Shown here piece by piece: positions 17,198-27,163 of a stretch of DNA of 31,573 nucleotides; position 1 is the first letter of the stretch, and the number at the start of each line of letters is the position of its first letter. Source of the DNA: Syntrophomonadaceae bacterium (GTDB lineage Bacteria; Bacillota; Dethiobacteria; DTU022); contig PWEB01000093.1 in the NCBI GenBank assembly GCA_003553305.1, positions 1 to 31,573 on the forward strand, given 5' to 3'. The notes beneath the pieces were generated by a model that searched no databases, was not told where the DNA came from, and saw only the letters and a program-made list of their open reading frames with translations. The position numbers and the translations under genes are program-made.

Positions 17198-18169
17198 TTA
17201 GTTTCCTGACTGGCATGATCCTTGCTTAGGAACAAGCCCACCTGACTTATTTAGAATCTTTTCCAACTGCCTGAATCGGTGGTTCATGCCGGATTTACTA
17301 ACCTGGGGATCAAGCATTTTGCCCAGTTCAGTTAAAGATGATTCAGGGTGAGCTCTGCGTATCAACGCTGCTTCCCGCAAAGAAGGTGATATATTCTCAA
17401 GACCTAGACGGCTGTCTATTTGATCTACCATCTCAAGCTGCTCCTGGCTTGAAGCGACTATTTTTTCAAGATTTGCTGTTTCGCAATTCACTATCCGGTT
17501 AACCTGGTTGCGCATACTTCTAACCACACGCATACTTTCCAGCTCCAATAGAGCACTGCCGGCTCCTATAACCCGTAAATAATCTGCAATTGCCTCGGCA
17601 CTTTTAAAATATAAAAAGCAAAGACCTTCCCGTTTTCTTAAAAGCGGGTTCAAATTAAAATAACCGAGAATTTTTTGGTAAACAAGGGCGTCTTCAGCAA
17701 TTCCACAGTTAATTTCCAAGTGATAACCGGATTGGCTTGATACACTGATACTACCTCCGGCCAGAAACTCCCCCCTGATAAATGCTTTTCGGCAGCAGTT
17801 CCTCTTTGGAACCGCCGTGCGCATGCGGGGCAAACTGATATAACAACCGGCCTCCTTCAAATCAAGATAGACCAGCAAAGCATCTATTTGTTCGCTGCCC
17901 GAAACCTGAACCAGGAAATGACTTTTGCGCAATTTCTTTACCTGCTGCCTTATAATGGATGGAGAGTAAACTCCCGATTGCCGAAGCAAATTGAATAAAC
18001 GCCTGGCAACTGCACTATCATCAACCATGATGATCAAAATATGCCTGTTTTGACGAATAGTATAATAACCGTTTCTGAGGATCAAAGCTTTTAGCTCCCA
18101 CGAACTGCAGCAGCTCAGAGGCTCCTCCAACCTGGTCAGTTCATGCTTAACCTGCCTGGTTAAAGACAA
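17198..18169 (-). CDS. whiA: DNA-binding protein WhiA
   Basis: CCRKAFIRGEFLAGGSIS, YHLEI, NRIVNCETANL, SLTELG, SKSGMNHR. TTG start with SD AGGAGG. Confidence 0.95.
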   Translation of the reverse strand: MSLTRQVKHELTRLEEPLSCCSSWELKALILRNGYYTIRQNRHILIIMVDDSAVARRLFNLLRQSGVYSPSIIRQQVKKLRKSHFLVQVSGSEQIDALLVYLDLKEAGCYISLPRMRTAVPKRNCCRKAFIRGEFLAGGSISVSSQSGYHLEINCGIAEDALVYQKILGYFNLNPLLRKREGLCFLYFKSAEAIADYLRVIGAGSALLELESMRVVRSMRNQVNRIVNCETANLEKIVASSQEQLEMVDQIDSRLGLENISPSLREAALIRRAHPESSLTELGKMLDPQVSKSGMNHRFRQLEKILNKSGGLVPKQGSCQSGN

Positions 18170-18186
18170 TTAAATACGCCTCCTGT

Positions 18187-19032
18187 CTATCTTTTACTTA
18201 TATCCCTGTGTTCTACAGAAAGATTAAAACGTGAACCCAGAGAGCGACCAAGTTCATCAGCTAATACAACTGAACGATGCTGCCCGCCGGTACAGCCGAT
18301 TGCTATAACTAAACAGGTCTTTCCCTCTTTAACATAGAAAGGTATGGAGAACTCCAGTAAATCGAGCAGCTTTTGGTAAAATTTATCTGTCTCATTCCAC
18401 TGCCAAAGGTAATCCTTAACCTGATCATGCTCACCGGTTAAAAATTTAATATGTTCGACATAATGGGGGTTAGGTAAAAAGCGCACATCAAAAACAAGGT
18501 CTGCATGCGGAGGCAGTCCATATTTAAAACCAAATGAAATGATTTGGATCTGCATGCTCTTATCGTGTTGATCAGGCTCGTAAAGCTCAACAATTTTGGC
18601 CTTTAGCTCCCAGGGCTTCAGATATGAGGTATCAATTTCCTTATCGGCCTTGCCTCTTATTTCACTTAAGGCCTCCCGCTCTTTTTGAATAGCATCCGGC
18701 AGGCTGACTTTACCCAGTGGATGAGAGCGCCTGGTCTCCTTAAATCGTCTGATCAAGACATTGTCTTCTGCTACCAGAAAAAGTATCTCGTAATATAAGT
18801 TCCGGGTATCCATTTCCTGCAGCGCTTCAAAAAGATCTTTAAAAAAGGCTGCACCCCGCATATCACAGACCAGGGCAATTTTTTTGTTCTCAGATTGCAC
18901 AAACAGGTCTGCAAACTTTGAAATCAGGGTAGGCGGCATATTATCAACACAGTAATAGCCCAGATCTTCAAAGCAGTTCAGAGCAAAACTCTTACCGGCC
19001 CCGGATAGGCCCGTAATCAAAACAATCCGCAT
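18187..19032 (-). CDS. rapZ: RNase adapter RapZ/YvcJ P-loop protein
   Basis: ITGLSGAGKS, CVDNMP, SFGFKYG, DVRFLPNPHY, IGCTGGQHRSV. Confidence 0.96.
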   Translation of the reverse strand: MRIVLITGLSGAGKSFALNCFEDLGYYCVDNMPPTLISKFADLFVQSENKKIALVCDMRGAAFFKDLFEALQEMDTRNLYYEILFLVAEDNVLIRRFKETRRSHPLGKVSLPDAIQKEREALSEIRGKADKEIDTSYLKPWELKAKIVELYEPDQHDKSMQIQIISFGFKYGLPPHADLVFDVRFLPNPHYVEHIKFLTGEHDQVKDYLWQWNETDKFYQKLLDLLEFSIPFYVKEGKTCLVIAIGCTGGQHRSVVLADELGRSLGSRFNLSVEHRDISKR

Positions 19033-19125
19033 TGCATTGTCGTTACCGACTTAAATCGCCCCCCCACTTAACGATTTAAAGTGCCATTTTATGTATATTC
19101 TATAACACTATTCTTCTATACTCTA

Positions 19126-19947
19126 CTATTTGGAATGGTTCAACACGTATTTTTCAATAACTTCAGCAACACCATCTTCATAATGCGGCGCAGCAATCAA
19201 GCCTGCTGCTTTAAGCACTGCCGGTCGGGCATTGCCCACAGCCACACCCAGTCCTGCATAAGTGACCATGTCAAGATCATTGAGCCCATCCCCAAAAGCA
19301 ATAACTTCTTCTGCCCTTAACCCGTTCTGCTCTACCAACCACTGCAGGGCCTGCCCTTTTGTAGCCCTTTTGTCAGTAACTTCAAGAAAATACGGACGCG
19401 ACTGCAGGATAGAAAGTTTTTCCCCAAAACGAGCTTTCAATTTAAATTCAAGTTGATCAACATAGCCATCCCAGCTGATGAGACTAATCTTGTTGGGCCT
19501 AATCCCTTTTTGTTTCAGGAAACACTGTAAATCCCCGACCTGTTGGGGGACAATATTAGTCAAAGCCTGGTAGTAACGGGAATACTCGTTTTCTTCACAG
19601 ATATACATTTCATCATCGACAAAGATACCAATATGAAATTCAAACTTTTTTGCTTCATCAATTACAGTAATTGCTATATTGTTATCAAGTGACCGGTCAA
19701 GAATAATTTTTCTGCTCTGCGCTGTTTTAATCAGGGCTCCATGGCAGTTTATCAGCGGCCAGTCGCAATTCAACCCCAGATCCTGCATGTAAGAGATGCT
19801 GGTTTTAAACATCCGTCCGGTGGCGATTGTAAACTTGACTCCACTGGACACAGCCTCTTGAATAGCATTTTTGTTCCGGACAGATATTAATGAATTTTTA
19901 TCGAGCAATGTATCATCAAGATCCGCTGCAATCAGGCGGAAACGCAT
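19126..19947 (-). CDS. Cof-type HAD-IIB family hydrolase
   Basis: DLDDTLL, IATGR, LEVTDKRATKG, FGDGLNDLDM. Confidence 0.93.
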   Translation of the reverse strand: MRFRLIAADLDDTLLDKNSLISVRNKNAIQEAVSSGVKFTIATGRMFKTSISYMQDLGLNCDWPLINCHGALIKTAQSRKIILDRSLDNNIAITVIDEAKKFEFHIGIFVDDEMYICEENEYSRYYQALTNIVPQQVGDLQCFLKQKGIRPNKISLISWDGYVDQLEFKLKARFGEKLSILQSRPYFLEVTDKRATKGQALQWLVEQNGLRAEEVIAFGDGLNDLDMVTYAGLGVAVGNARPAVLKAAGLIAAPHYEDGVAEVIEKYVLNHSK

Positions 19948-20066
19948 TTTCTTCCTCCCCTGGACTTTTGTATTAGAATAGCAGATAGTGCTAAGGTTTA
20001 TGGATATTTCATATTGAGCGAAGGTAGAATTTTGACCGTTACTCCTGCCTCGCCGCTATTGAGTAT

Positions 20067-20075
20067 AGTATAACA
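20067..20075 (-). promoter_or_regulatory. Extended -10 promoter upstream of the HAD gene
   Basis: TGTTATACT about 120 nt upstream of the HAD start; no good -35. Confidence 0.45.
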
Positions 20076-20101
20076 TAAATTATCGAATAACTGCGAAAAG
20101 G

Positions 20102-21994
20102 TCAGGTGGTTGTATTGCTCCCGCCCTGTTCGTTTTCTGCTGCTTCATTTTCTCTTAGTAACCGAACCTGAATAAGGGCAGCCAGGGAATTGTTGATACC
20201 GGGGATTTTTGTAAGCTCCTCAAGGGAAGCTGCTTTGATATTTTCGGTGCTGCCAAAGTATTCAAGCAAGGCTGTGCGACGGGAAGGCCCGATACCCGGA
20301 ATATCTTCCAGCTGTGAATGAATACTGCTTCGAGCTTTACGGCGGCGGTGACCACTTATCGCGAAACGGTGAACCTCATCACGAATACGCTGCAGCATTT
20401 GAAGCATAGGATTATCGGAAGCTAAACGAACAGGTAGGGCTGACTCCTCCAGGAATAATTGATCCGGGTTTTTGGCAAGAGCCGCCAGCGCAACTCCTTT
20501 CAGAACCGTCTCATCCAGGGCTTCACGGGCAGAACTTAGCTGCCCTTTTCCACCATCAATGATCATCAAATCAGGTTTTGGCCAATCTTTTTGAATAGCC
20601 CGTCTGGTTAGAACTTCCTGTAGAGCTGCATAATCATCGCCGGCAGGCGCCTTTCGTATGTTAAATCGGCGATAGCCTTCTTTGGAAGGTTCTCCCTGTT
20701 GGAAAACAACCATAGCTCCCACCGGTTGACCACCCCTGAGGTGTGAAATATCATAGCCTTCGATCCTTTGCGGAGGGGTGTCCAATCCGACCAGGCGGCC
20801 CAGTTCCTCAAGAGGCTGTTCTGTTCTCCTGACTCTTTGCTGTTCCTCTTCTTCCAACCGGAGCATACAGTTGCGCCTGGCCAGCTCGACAATTTTTTTT
20901 AAATGCCCGCGGCGGGGCACCCGCAAGCTAACTTTTCGGTCGGCTTTAACTCTCAGCCACCGTTCAAGTAATTCAGCATCAATAGGTGGGTCTGAAACAA
21001 CAACTTCCTCCGGCATGCTTTCTACCTGGTTATAGTAGGTTTTTATAAAAGAAGCGATCACCTCTTCATCTTCTACATCTTCTGACCCAACCAGTGGAAA
21101 GTGATCCTGGCTGAGCAATTTCCCACCTCTGACCTGAAAAAGGTGGACGGCAGAATGTTTCTTATGCCGGGCCAGGGCCAAAACATCTCGATCTGCTTCA
21201 TCTTGATTCAAATTCATCTTTTGCTGCTGTCCGGCCACCCGTTCCAATGACTGCAGGCGGTCACGCAATGCGGCGGCTTCTTCAAATTTTTGTTCCCGGG
21301 CAGCTTCTTCCATCTGTGTTTTAAGCTTTCTTTGCAGCTCACCATAGCGTCCCTGCAAAAAGAGAAGAATCTGTTTAACCATTTTAGTGTATCGTTCAGG
21401 TGAAACGTGCTCCTCACCCCTGCAGGGTGCCAGGCAGCGTTTCATCTGGTAATTAAGACAGGGCCGGCTGGAAACCGCCTCTCCATTAAGAGGTTGCCGA
21501 CAGCGACGCAGGGGGAAAATAGACCCGATAAACTGCATCGTTTCACGAACTGCCCGGACATCGGTAAAAGGGCCAAAACGATACTCTTCCCTACCTGGAA
21601 AAGGTTCATAGCGCGCCCTCCGGCTGCCTGTTTGGGTCAGTCGCATTAATTCTAAACGAGGATAAAGCTCGGGTGTAATGATCAAATATGGATAATCTTT
21701 ATCATCTTTCAGGTTTACATTATAGCGGGGACGATATTCCTTGATCAGGTTACATTCAAGAATGAGCGCTTCCACTTCAGTATCAGTTACCACAAAATCC
21801 AAATCAGCTAAACTTGCCTGTAAGGAGCGCAGCCGGGGTGACATATGCTCATTTTCGGCAACATATGATCGAAGCCTCTGGCGCAGTGAAAGCGCTTTAC
21901 CGACATAAATAACCCGGTCATTACTATCTTTTAAAAGATATACACCCGGCAATTCAGGAGCCTGCTGTACTTTTCCTTTGAGACTCTCAATCAT
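20102..21994 (-). CDS. uvrC: Excinuclease ABC subunit C
   Basis: GIY-YIG (PGVYLL, IYVGKA), Cys cluster, UVR domain, IEGYDISH, DGGKGQL, C-terminal HhH. Start moved to the ATG at 21994 because of SD GGAGAG. Confidence 0.97.
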   Translation of the reverse strand: MIESLKGKVQQAPELPGVYLLKDSNDRVIYVGKALSLRQRLRSYVAENEHMSPRLRSLQASLADLDFVVTDTEVEALILECNLIKEYRPRYNVNLKDDKDYPYLIITPELYPRLELMRLTQTGSRRARYEPFPGREEYRFGPFTDVRAVRETMQFIGSIFPLRRCRQPLNGEAVSSRPCLNYQMKRCLAPCRGEEHVSPERYTKMVKQILLFLQGRYGELQRKLKTQMEEAAREQKFEEAAALRDRLQSLERVAGQQQKMNLNQDEADRDVLALARHKKHSAVHLFQVRGGKLLSQDHFPLVGSEDVEDEEVIASFIKTYYNQVESMPEEVVVSDPPIDAELLERWLRVKADRKVSLRVPRRGHLKKIVELARRNCMLRLEEEEQQRVRRTEQPLEELGRLVGLDTPPQRIEGYDISHLRGGQPVGAMVVFQQGEPSKEGYRRFNIRKAPAGDDYAALQEVLTRRAIQKDWPKPDLMIIDGGKGQLSSAREALDETVLKGVALAALAKNPDQLFLEESALPVRLASDNPMLQMLQRIRDEVHRFAISGHRRRKARSSIHSQLEDIPGIGPSRRTALLEYFGSTENIKAASLEELTKIPGINNSLAALIQVRLLRENEAAENEQGGSNTTT

Positions 21995-22014
21995 ATTAAA
22001 TCTCTCCAAACCAG

Positions 22015-22110
22015 GGACAGAGAAACCAAACAAACAGAGAACCAGATAGTTTGGAGGTTCTCCTGTCCGGTGTTGCTATGCAGGGTCAGGCAGATAAACC
22101 GTCCCCCTGC
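22015..22110. repeat. Cluster of REP-like palindromes in the uvrA-uvrC spacer
   Basis: Imperfect inverted repeat GGACAGAGAAACC (22015-22027) / GGTTCTCCTGTCC (22056-22068), plus a full unit on the minus strand GCAG-GGGGA-CGGT-TTAT-CTGC (22090-22110). Confidence 0.55.
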
Positions 22111-22128
22111 TGATACCTTTTCCGGTGC

Positions 22129-24963
22129 TTATATTTTGGCTGCCTTGCGCTGCTCCGGCAATAATTCGGTCAGCCATTGACCGGTATATGATACAGGGCA
22201 GGAGGCCACTTCTTCCGGGGTGCCTGTGGCGACAACCTGTCCGCCACTGTCTCCCCCTTCCGGTCCGAGGTCGATTAGATAATCAGCCCGCTTTAGCACT
22301 TCCATGTGATGTTCAATAACCACTACTGTATTCCCACTATCAACCAATCGATCAAGAATTGTTAAAAGTTTATCTATATCATCAAGGTGCAGGCCGGTGG
22401 TCGGTTCATCAAGGATATAGAGACTGCGGCCATTACTGCGCCTTGATAGCTCTGTGGCCAGCTTGACCCGCTGAGCCTCTCCGCCCGAAAGGGTAGTCGC
22501 CGGCTGCCCTAACTTAATATAGCCAAGGCCAACATCATAAAGGAGCTGCATCTTGCGCTGCACTTTTGGAATGGCTGAGAAAAAGTCAAGGGCCGCTTCC
22601 ACATTCATATTGAGGACATCAGCGATGCTCTTTTCTTTATAAAGCACTTCCAGGGTTTCCCGGTTATAGCGTTTGCCACGGCAAACTTCACAAGGAACAT
22701 AAACATCGGGCAAAAAGTGCATTTCAATTCTAATAATTCCGTCTCCGCGACAGGCTTCGCAGCGTCCACCTTTAACATTAAAACTAAAACGGCCCGGTTT
22801 GTAACCGCGGCGGCGTGACTCAGCTGCTTTGGAGAAAATTTCACGTATTCCATCGAACATCCCCGTGTAAGTAGCCGGGTTCGAACGCGGGGTCCGGCCA
22901 ATCGGTGATTGATCAATGACGATCACTTTATCAAGATGCTCTACTCCTGCCAGACCACTGTGTTCGCCGGCCTGTTCCCGTGAACGGTGCAGCTTGCGAG
23001 AAAGTGAACGGGCCAAGACTTCATTGATCAGGGTGCTTTTACCAGAACCTGATACTCCGGCCACACCGATAAAAAGACCCAGTGGAATCCCAACATCAAT
23101 ATTCTGCAAGTTATTTTCCCGGGCGCCCTGTATCTTCAGCCACCGATCAGAAGGTAAGCGCCTTTGTTCCGGCAGAGCAACCGAACGACGTCCAGCCAGA
23201 TAATCTCCGGTTATTGAATCCGGGGTTGACATTAAATCCTCTACATCGCCCTGGGCAACAATCTTGCCTCCAGCTGCTCCTGCGCCCGGCCCGATATCTA
23301 CCAGGTGATCTGCCCCTCGAATGGTTTCTTCATCATGCTCGACAATCAAAACGGTATTACCGAGATCCCGCAGCGCTTTGAGAGTAGTAATTAAACGGGC
23401 ATTGTCCCTTTGATGCAAACCAATACTCGGTTCATCCAAAATGTATATAACTCCGGTCAGGCCGGAACCAATCTGGGTAGCCAACCTGATACGCTGAGCT
23501 TCACCACCGGATAGCGTTGATGCTGCACGGTCAAGGTTCAAATATTGCAGACCAACATTGCGCAAGAATCGCAGTCTTTCCGCAATTTCCTTGAGCACCT
23601 GGCGGGCTATATATTCTTCACGTTCAGTAAGCTTGAGCTGATCGAAAAATCCAGCAGCTTGCTCGATAGTGAGGGCTGAAACCTGGGCTATGTTGTAACC
23701 TGCTAAAAGAACAGCCAGGCTGGATGATTTAAGGCGTTTCCCTTTGCAGGCAGGACAAGGTTTTGTTTGCATAAACTTCTCCATAGCAGCCCTCATCTCT
23801 TCAGACGTGGTTGATGCATAACGGCGTTCGAGGAGCTTAAGGACACCTGGAAAAACTTTATTGTAGTTCCGCACTCTTTTAAACATATTGACGTAGCGGA
23901 AACTAACCTTTTCGGAAGAACCATAAAATATTTTATGCTGTATTTCGGGAGAGAGATCTTTAAATGGCATATCCAGATCAACACCCCAGGCTTTTGCGGC
24001 TGCCTCCAGGAATTGCTGGTAATAATTTTGTCCTGACCAGGGATGAACTGCTCCTTCCCGCAAAGATAATTCTGGATAGGGGATAACCAGTTCTGATGCA
24101 AATTCAGATTTACTGCCAAGCCCACTGCATTCGGGACAAGCTCCATATGGGCTGTTAAATGAAAATATTCGCGGGCTGAGTTCCTCGAAACTAAAACCGC
24201 ACTCAGCACAGGCAAAATTCTCGCTGAACAACTGTTCTTTGCCTTCAATTTCCTGAATTAAAACCAGACCATCACTTAGTTTAAGAGCATTCTCCAAAGA
24301 ATCAGCCAGGCGAGCCTGCATTCCTTCCCGGATGATCAAGCGGTCAACAACTACTTCAATAGAGTGTTTTTTTTGCTTGTCTAGTATAATTTCTTCTTCC
24401 AGTTCACGGACTTCTCCGTCAACCCTGACCCGCACGTAGCCTTTACGGCTCATTTCCTCAAATAGACGGGAATATTCGCCTTTCCGCCCTCTGACCAGGG
24501 GAGCAAGCACTTGGATACGTGTTTGATCAGGCATACTGACCACCTGATCAACTATTTGCTGCACCGTTTGCTGGCTAATCGGTTTATGGCAGGTCGGGCA
24601 GTGGGGATTACCGATTCGAGCAAAAAGAAGCCTAATATAATCATAAATTTCTGTCACTGTCCCTACCGTTGAACGTGGATTACGGGATGCTGTTTTTTGA
24701 TCTATTGAAATTGCCGGTGAAAGACCTTCAATCTGATCTAAGTCAGGTTTTTCCATCTGCCCTAGAAATTGACGGGCATAAGCCGAAAGAGACTCTACAT
24801 AGCGCCGCTGTCCTTCGGCATAGATTGTATCAAAGGCCAGGGAAGATTTTCCTGAACCGCTTAAACCGGTAAATACAATTAACTGGTTACGGGGCAGGGA
24901 CAGGTTGATATTTTTTAAGTTATGCTCCCGCGCGCCGCGGATTATAATTTCTCCTGCTGACAA
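22129..24963 (-). CDS. uvrA: Excinuclease ABC subunit A
   Basis: [14 protein letters not shown], two LSGGEAQR signatures, GVSGSGKS, CxxC zinc fingers. TTG at 24963 is preferred for SD GAGGTG spacing; GTG at 24972 is an alternative. Confidence 0.97.
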   Translation of the reverse strand: MSAGEIIIRGAREHNLKNINLSLPRNQLIVFTGLSGSGKSSLAFDTIYAEGQRRYVESLSAYARQFLGQMEKPDLDQIEGLSPAISIDQKTASRNPRSTVGTVTEIYDYIRLLFARIGNPHCPTCHKPISQQTVQQIVDQVVSMPDQTRIQVLAPLVRGRKGEYSRLFEEMSRKGYVRVRVDGEVRELEEEIILDKQKKHSIEVVVDRLIIREGMQARLADSLENALKLSDGLVLIQEIEGKEQLFSENFACAECGFSFEELSPRIFSFNSPYGACPECSGLGSKSEFASELVIPYPELSLREGAVHPWSGQNYYQQFLEAAAKAWGVDLDMPFKDLSPEIQHKIFYGSSEKVSFRYVNMFKRVRNYNKVFPGVLKLLERRYASTTSEEMRAAMEKFMQTKPCPACKGKRLKSSSLAVLLAGYNIAQVSALTIEQAAGFFDQLKLTEREEYIARQVLKEIAERLRFLRNVGLQYLNLDRAASTLSGGEAQRIRLATQIGSGLTGVIYILDEPSIGLHQRDNARLITTLKALRDLGNTVLIVEHDEETIRGADHLVDIGPGAGAAGGKIVAQGDVEDLMSTPDSITGDYLAGRRSVALPEQRRLPSDRWLKIQGARENNLQNIDVGIPLGLFIGVAGVSGSGKSTLINEVLARSLSRKLHRSREQAGEHSGLAGVEHLDKVIVIDQSPIGRTPRSNPATYTGMFDGIREIFSKAAESRRRGYKPGRFSFNVKGGRCEACRGDGIIRIEMHFLPDVYVPCEVCRGKRYNRETLEVLYKEKSIADVLNMNVEAALDFFSAIPKVQRKMQLLYDVGLGYIKLGQPATTLSGGEAQRVKLATELSRRSNGRSLYILDEPTTGLHLDDIDKLLTILDRLVDSGNTVVVIEHHMEVLKRADYLIDLGPEGGDSGGQVVATGTPEEVASCPVSYTGQWLTELLPEQRKAAKI

Positions 24964-25026
24964 TTCGGTCACCTCGTTTAGAATTGGGTAGCTTTTAAAT
25001 CAGCCAGTGACCGGACCGAGGAAGGT

Positions 25027-25093
25027 GTAAGAGGAACCGTCCCCTAACCACTCCCCTAACCTCCTAACCTCGGAGGAGGGTCTTTCTGTCCGG
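25027..25093. repeat. REP-like palindrome plus short GGTTAG tandem repeat in the uvrB-uvrA spacer
   Basis: Minus strand GTTAG-GGGA-CGGT-TCCT-CTTAC (25027-25048); three CCTAACC units at 25041-25070; degenerate half unit GGGTCTTTCTGTCCGG at 25078-25093. Confidence 0.6.
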
Positions 25094-27076
25094 TTAGCCT
25101 TGTTTTTCCAGCTCAAAGATCATATCGCGTAATTCAGCGGCTTTTTCAAAGGCCAGATCTTTTGAGGCCTGGTTCATTTCCTTGCGCAGTTCTTTAATCA
25201 TTTTTTTGCGTTTGCCTGCATCAATATTCTTCAGGTCTTCGACCTGGTAACGTTCAGTCTCTTCCGCAACTGCAGTAGCTTCAAGGACTGCCCGGATTGG
25301 TTTGACAATACTCTGCGGAATTATACCATATTCCTGGTTATGGGCTAACTGCTTTTGGCGACGGCGATCGGTTTCATCTATTGCCCTGCGCATAGAGGGC
25401 GTAACTTGATCCGCATACATGATCACTTTACCTTCAATGTTCCGGGCAGTCCTGCCGATAGTCTGAATCAGTGAGCGATCAGATCTTAAGAACCCTTCTT
25501 TGTCGGCATCAAGGATAGCGACCAGGGTTACTTCCGGCAGGTCAAGTCCTTCCCGGAGAAGGTTAATCCCGACCAGGACATCAAACTCACCAAGGCGCAG
25601 GCCCCTGATGATGGCCATTCTTTCTAAAGCGTCGATCTCAGAATGCATGTAGCGCACTTTTACGCCCATGTTCTGGTAATATTCGGTCAGATCTTCAGCC
25701 ATCCGCTTGGTCATAGTCGTAACCAAAACCCTTTGGCCGGCTTCTGCCCTGGTCCGTATTTCTCCATAAAGGTCATCAACCTGACCTTCAGCGGGCCTTA
25801 CTTCCACCACCGGATCGGCCAGGCCAGTCGGGCGGATAATCTGCTCCACAACTGCATCACTGTGTTCTTGTTCCCATGGCCCGGGAGTGGCCGAAACCAG
25901 GATAGCCTGGTTAACCAGGGTTTCAAATTCTTCGAAACGCAGCGGCCGGTTATCAAGAGCTGATGGCAGCCTGAATCCATGTTCAACCAGCGTGCTTTTA
26001 CGGGACAGATCACCACGGTACATCCCGTTAATCTGGGGAATGGTGATATGTGATTCGTCAATTACAACCAGCATTTCCGGCGGGAAATAATCAAGCAGGG
26101 TAGCCGGACGGCTGCCGGCAGGACGTCCATCAAGATGGCGCGAGTAGTTTTCAATGCCGCTTGTAAAGCCAATTTCCTGGAGCATTTCCAAATCAAATAA
26201 GGTGCGCTGCTCCAGGCGCTGGGCTTCCAGCAATTTATCCTCACTCCGGAAATAAGCCAATTGCTCCTGAAGTTCAGCTTCGATACCTCTTATAGCCCGC
26301 TGCAGCTGTTCAGGAGCAGTGACATAGTGGGTTGCCGGAAAAATTGCAACATGAGAACGCTCGCCGATCACTTTCCCGCTTACCACGTCAATCTCACGCA
26401 GTCGTTCAATTTCATCGCCAAATAGCTCCACTCGCAGTGCAGCTTCAGAAAAAGAGGCCGGAATTATTTCGACTACATCACCACGGACCCTAAATGTCCC
26501 CCGGTGGAAATCAATGTCATTGCGTTGATAGTGAATAGCTACCAGGCGATTGACAATTTCATCCCGGCTGATCCGGATCCCCTGACGCAACGAAAGGACC
26601 TGCTCCATATATTCATGCGGAGAACCAAGACCGTATATACAGGATACAGAAGCAACTATGATCACATCTGTGCGTTCCAAAAGGGCACTAGTGGCTGAGT
26701 GGCGCAGCTTGTCGATTTCATCATTAATTGATGAATCCTTTTCAATAAAAGTATCACTCTGAGGGATATACGCTTCCGGTTGATAATAATCATAGTAGCT
26801 TATAAAATATTCAACTGCATTATCCGGAAATAGCTCTTTAAATTCACTGCAAAGCTGTGCAGCCAATATTTTATTTGGCGCCATAACCAGGGTTGGACGC
26901 TGTACCCGTTCGATCACATTAGCAATAGTAAAAGTTTTTCCCGAACCGGTTACTCCAAGGAGGGTCTGGTAAGGAGAACCCCGTCCCAATCCCTGCACCA
27001 GGGTTTCGATAGCTTTCGGTTGATCGCCGGTTGGTTGATAGTCAGATCTAATTTTAAAGCCACTGCTGACGGCCAT
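25094..27076 (-). CDS. uvrB: Excinuclease ABC subunit B
   Basis: [55 protein letters not shown]-terminal [12 protein letters not shown]. Confidence 0.98.
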   Translation of the reverse strand: MAVSSGFKIRSDYQPTGDQPKAIETLVQGLGRGSPYQTLLGVTGSGKTFTIANVIERVQRPTLVMAPNKILAAQLCSEFKELFPDNAVEYFISYYDYYQPEAYIPQSDTFIEKDSSINDEIDKLRHSATSALLERTDVIIVASVSCIYGLGSPHEYMEQVLSLRQGIRISRDEIVNRLVAIHYQRNDIDFHRGTFRVRGDVVEIIPASFSEAALRVELFGDEIERLREIDVVSGKVIGERSHVAIFPATHYVTAPEQLQRAIRGIEAELQEQLAYFRSEDKLLEAQRLEQRTLFDLEMLQEIGFTSGIENYSRHLDGRPAGSRPATLLDYFPPEMLVVIDESHITIPQINGMYRGDLSRKSTLVEHGFRLPSALDNRPLRFEEFETLVNQAILVSATPGPWEQEHSDAVVEQIIRPTGLADPVVEVRPAEGQVDDLYGEIRTRAEAGQRVLVTTMTKRMAEDLTEYYQNMGVKVRYMHSEIDALERMAIIRGLRLGEFDVLVGINLLREGLDLPEVTLVAILDADKEGFLRSDRSLIQTIGRTARNIEGKVIMYADQVTPSMRRAIDETDRRRQKQLAHNQEYGIIPQSIVKPIRAVLEATAVAEETERYQVEDLKNIDAGKRKKMIKELRKEMNQASKDLAFEKAAELRDMIFELEKQG

Positions 27077-27122
27077 TACGACACCTCCTGTTCAGCGGCT
27101 TATTTGTTAATAAGCAATATTA

Positions 27123-27163
27123 ATTATAACATAATTATAGAATGGATCCCGCTTCAGTTGCAA
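27123..27163 (-). promoter_or_regulatory. SigA-type promoter(s) of uvrB overlapping the stop of the upstream gene
   Basis: TTGCAA-18 nt-TATAAT (27163-27134) and a second extended -10 TGTTATAAT (27131-27123). Confidence 0.6.

Noticed and set aside
17120-18190. CTCCTGTC words at about 17122 and 18180 resembling REP arms
   Set aside because: They are the Shine-Dalgarno regions (GACAGGAG) of rpoN and whiA and have no partner arm.
19081-19094. TGGCAC sigma-54-like site upstream of rapZ
   Set aside because: The -12 position reads ATCG rather than TTGC.
20017-20057. Fluoride riboswitch upstream of the HAD gene
   Set aside because: Lacks the GGCGATGG...TCGCC stem and the TAATGA...CTAC pseudoknot consensus.
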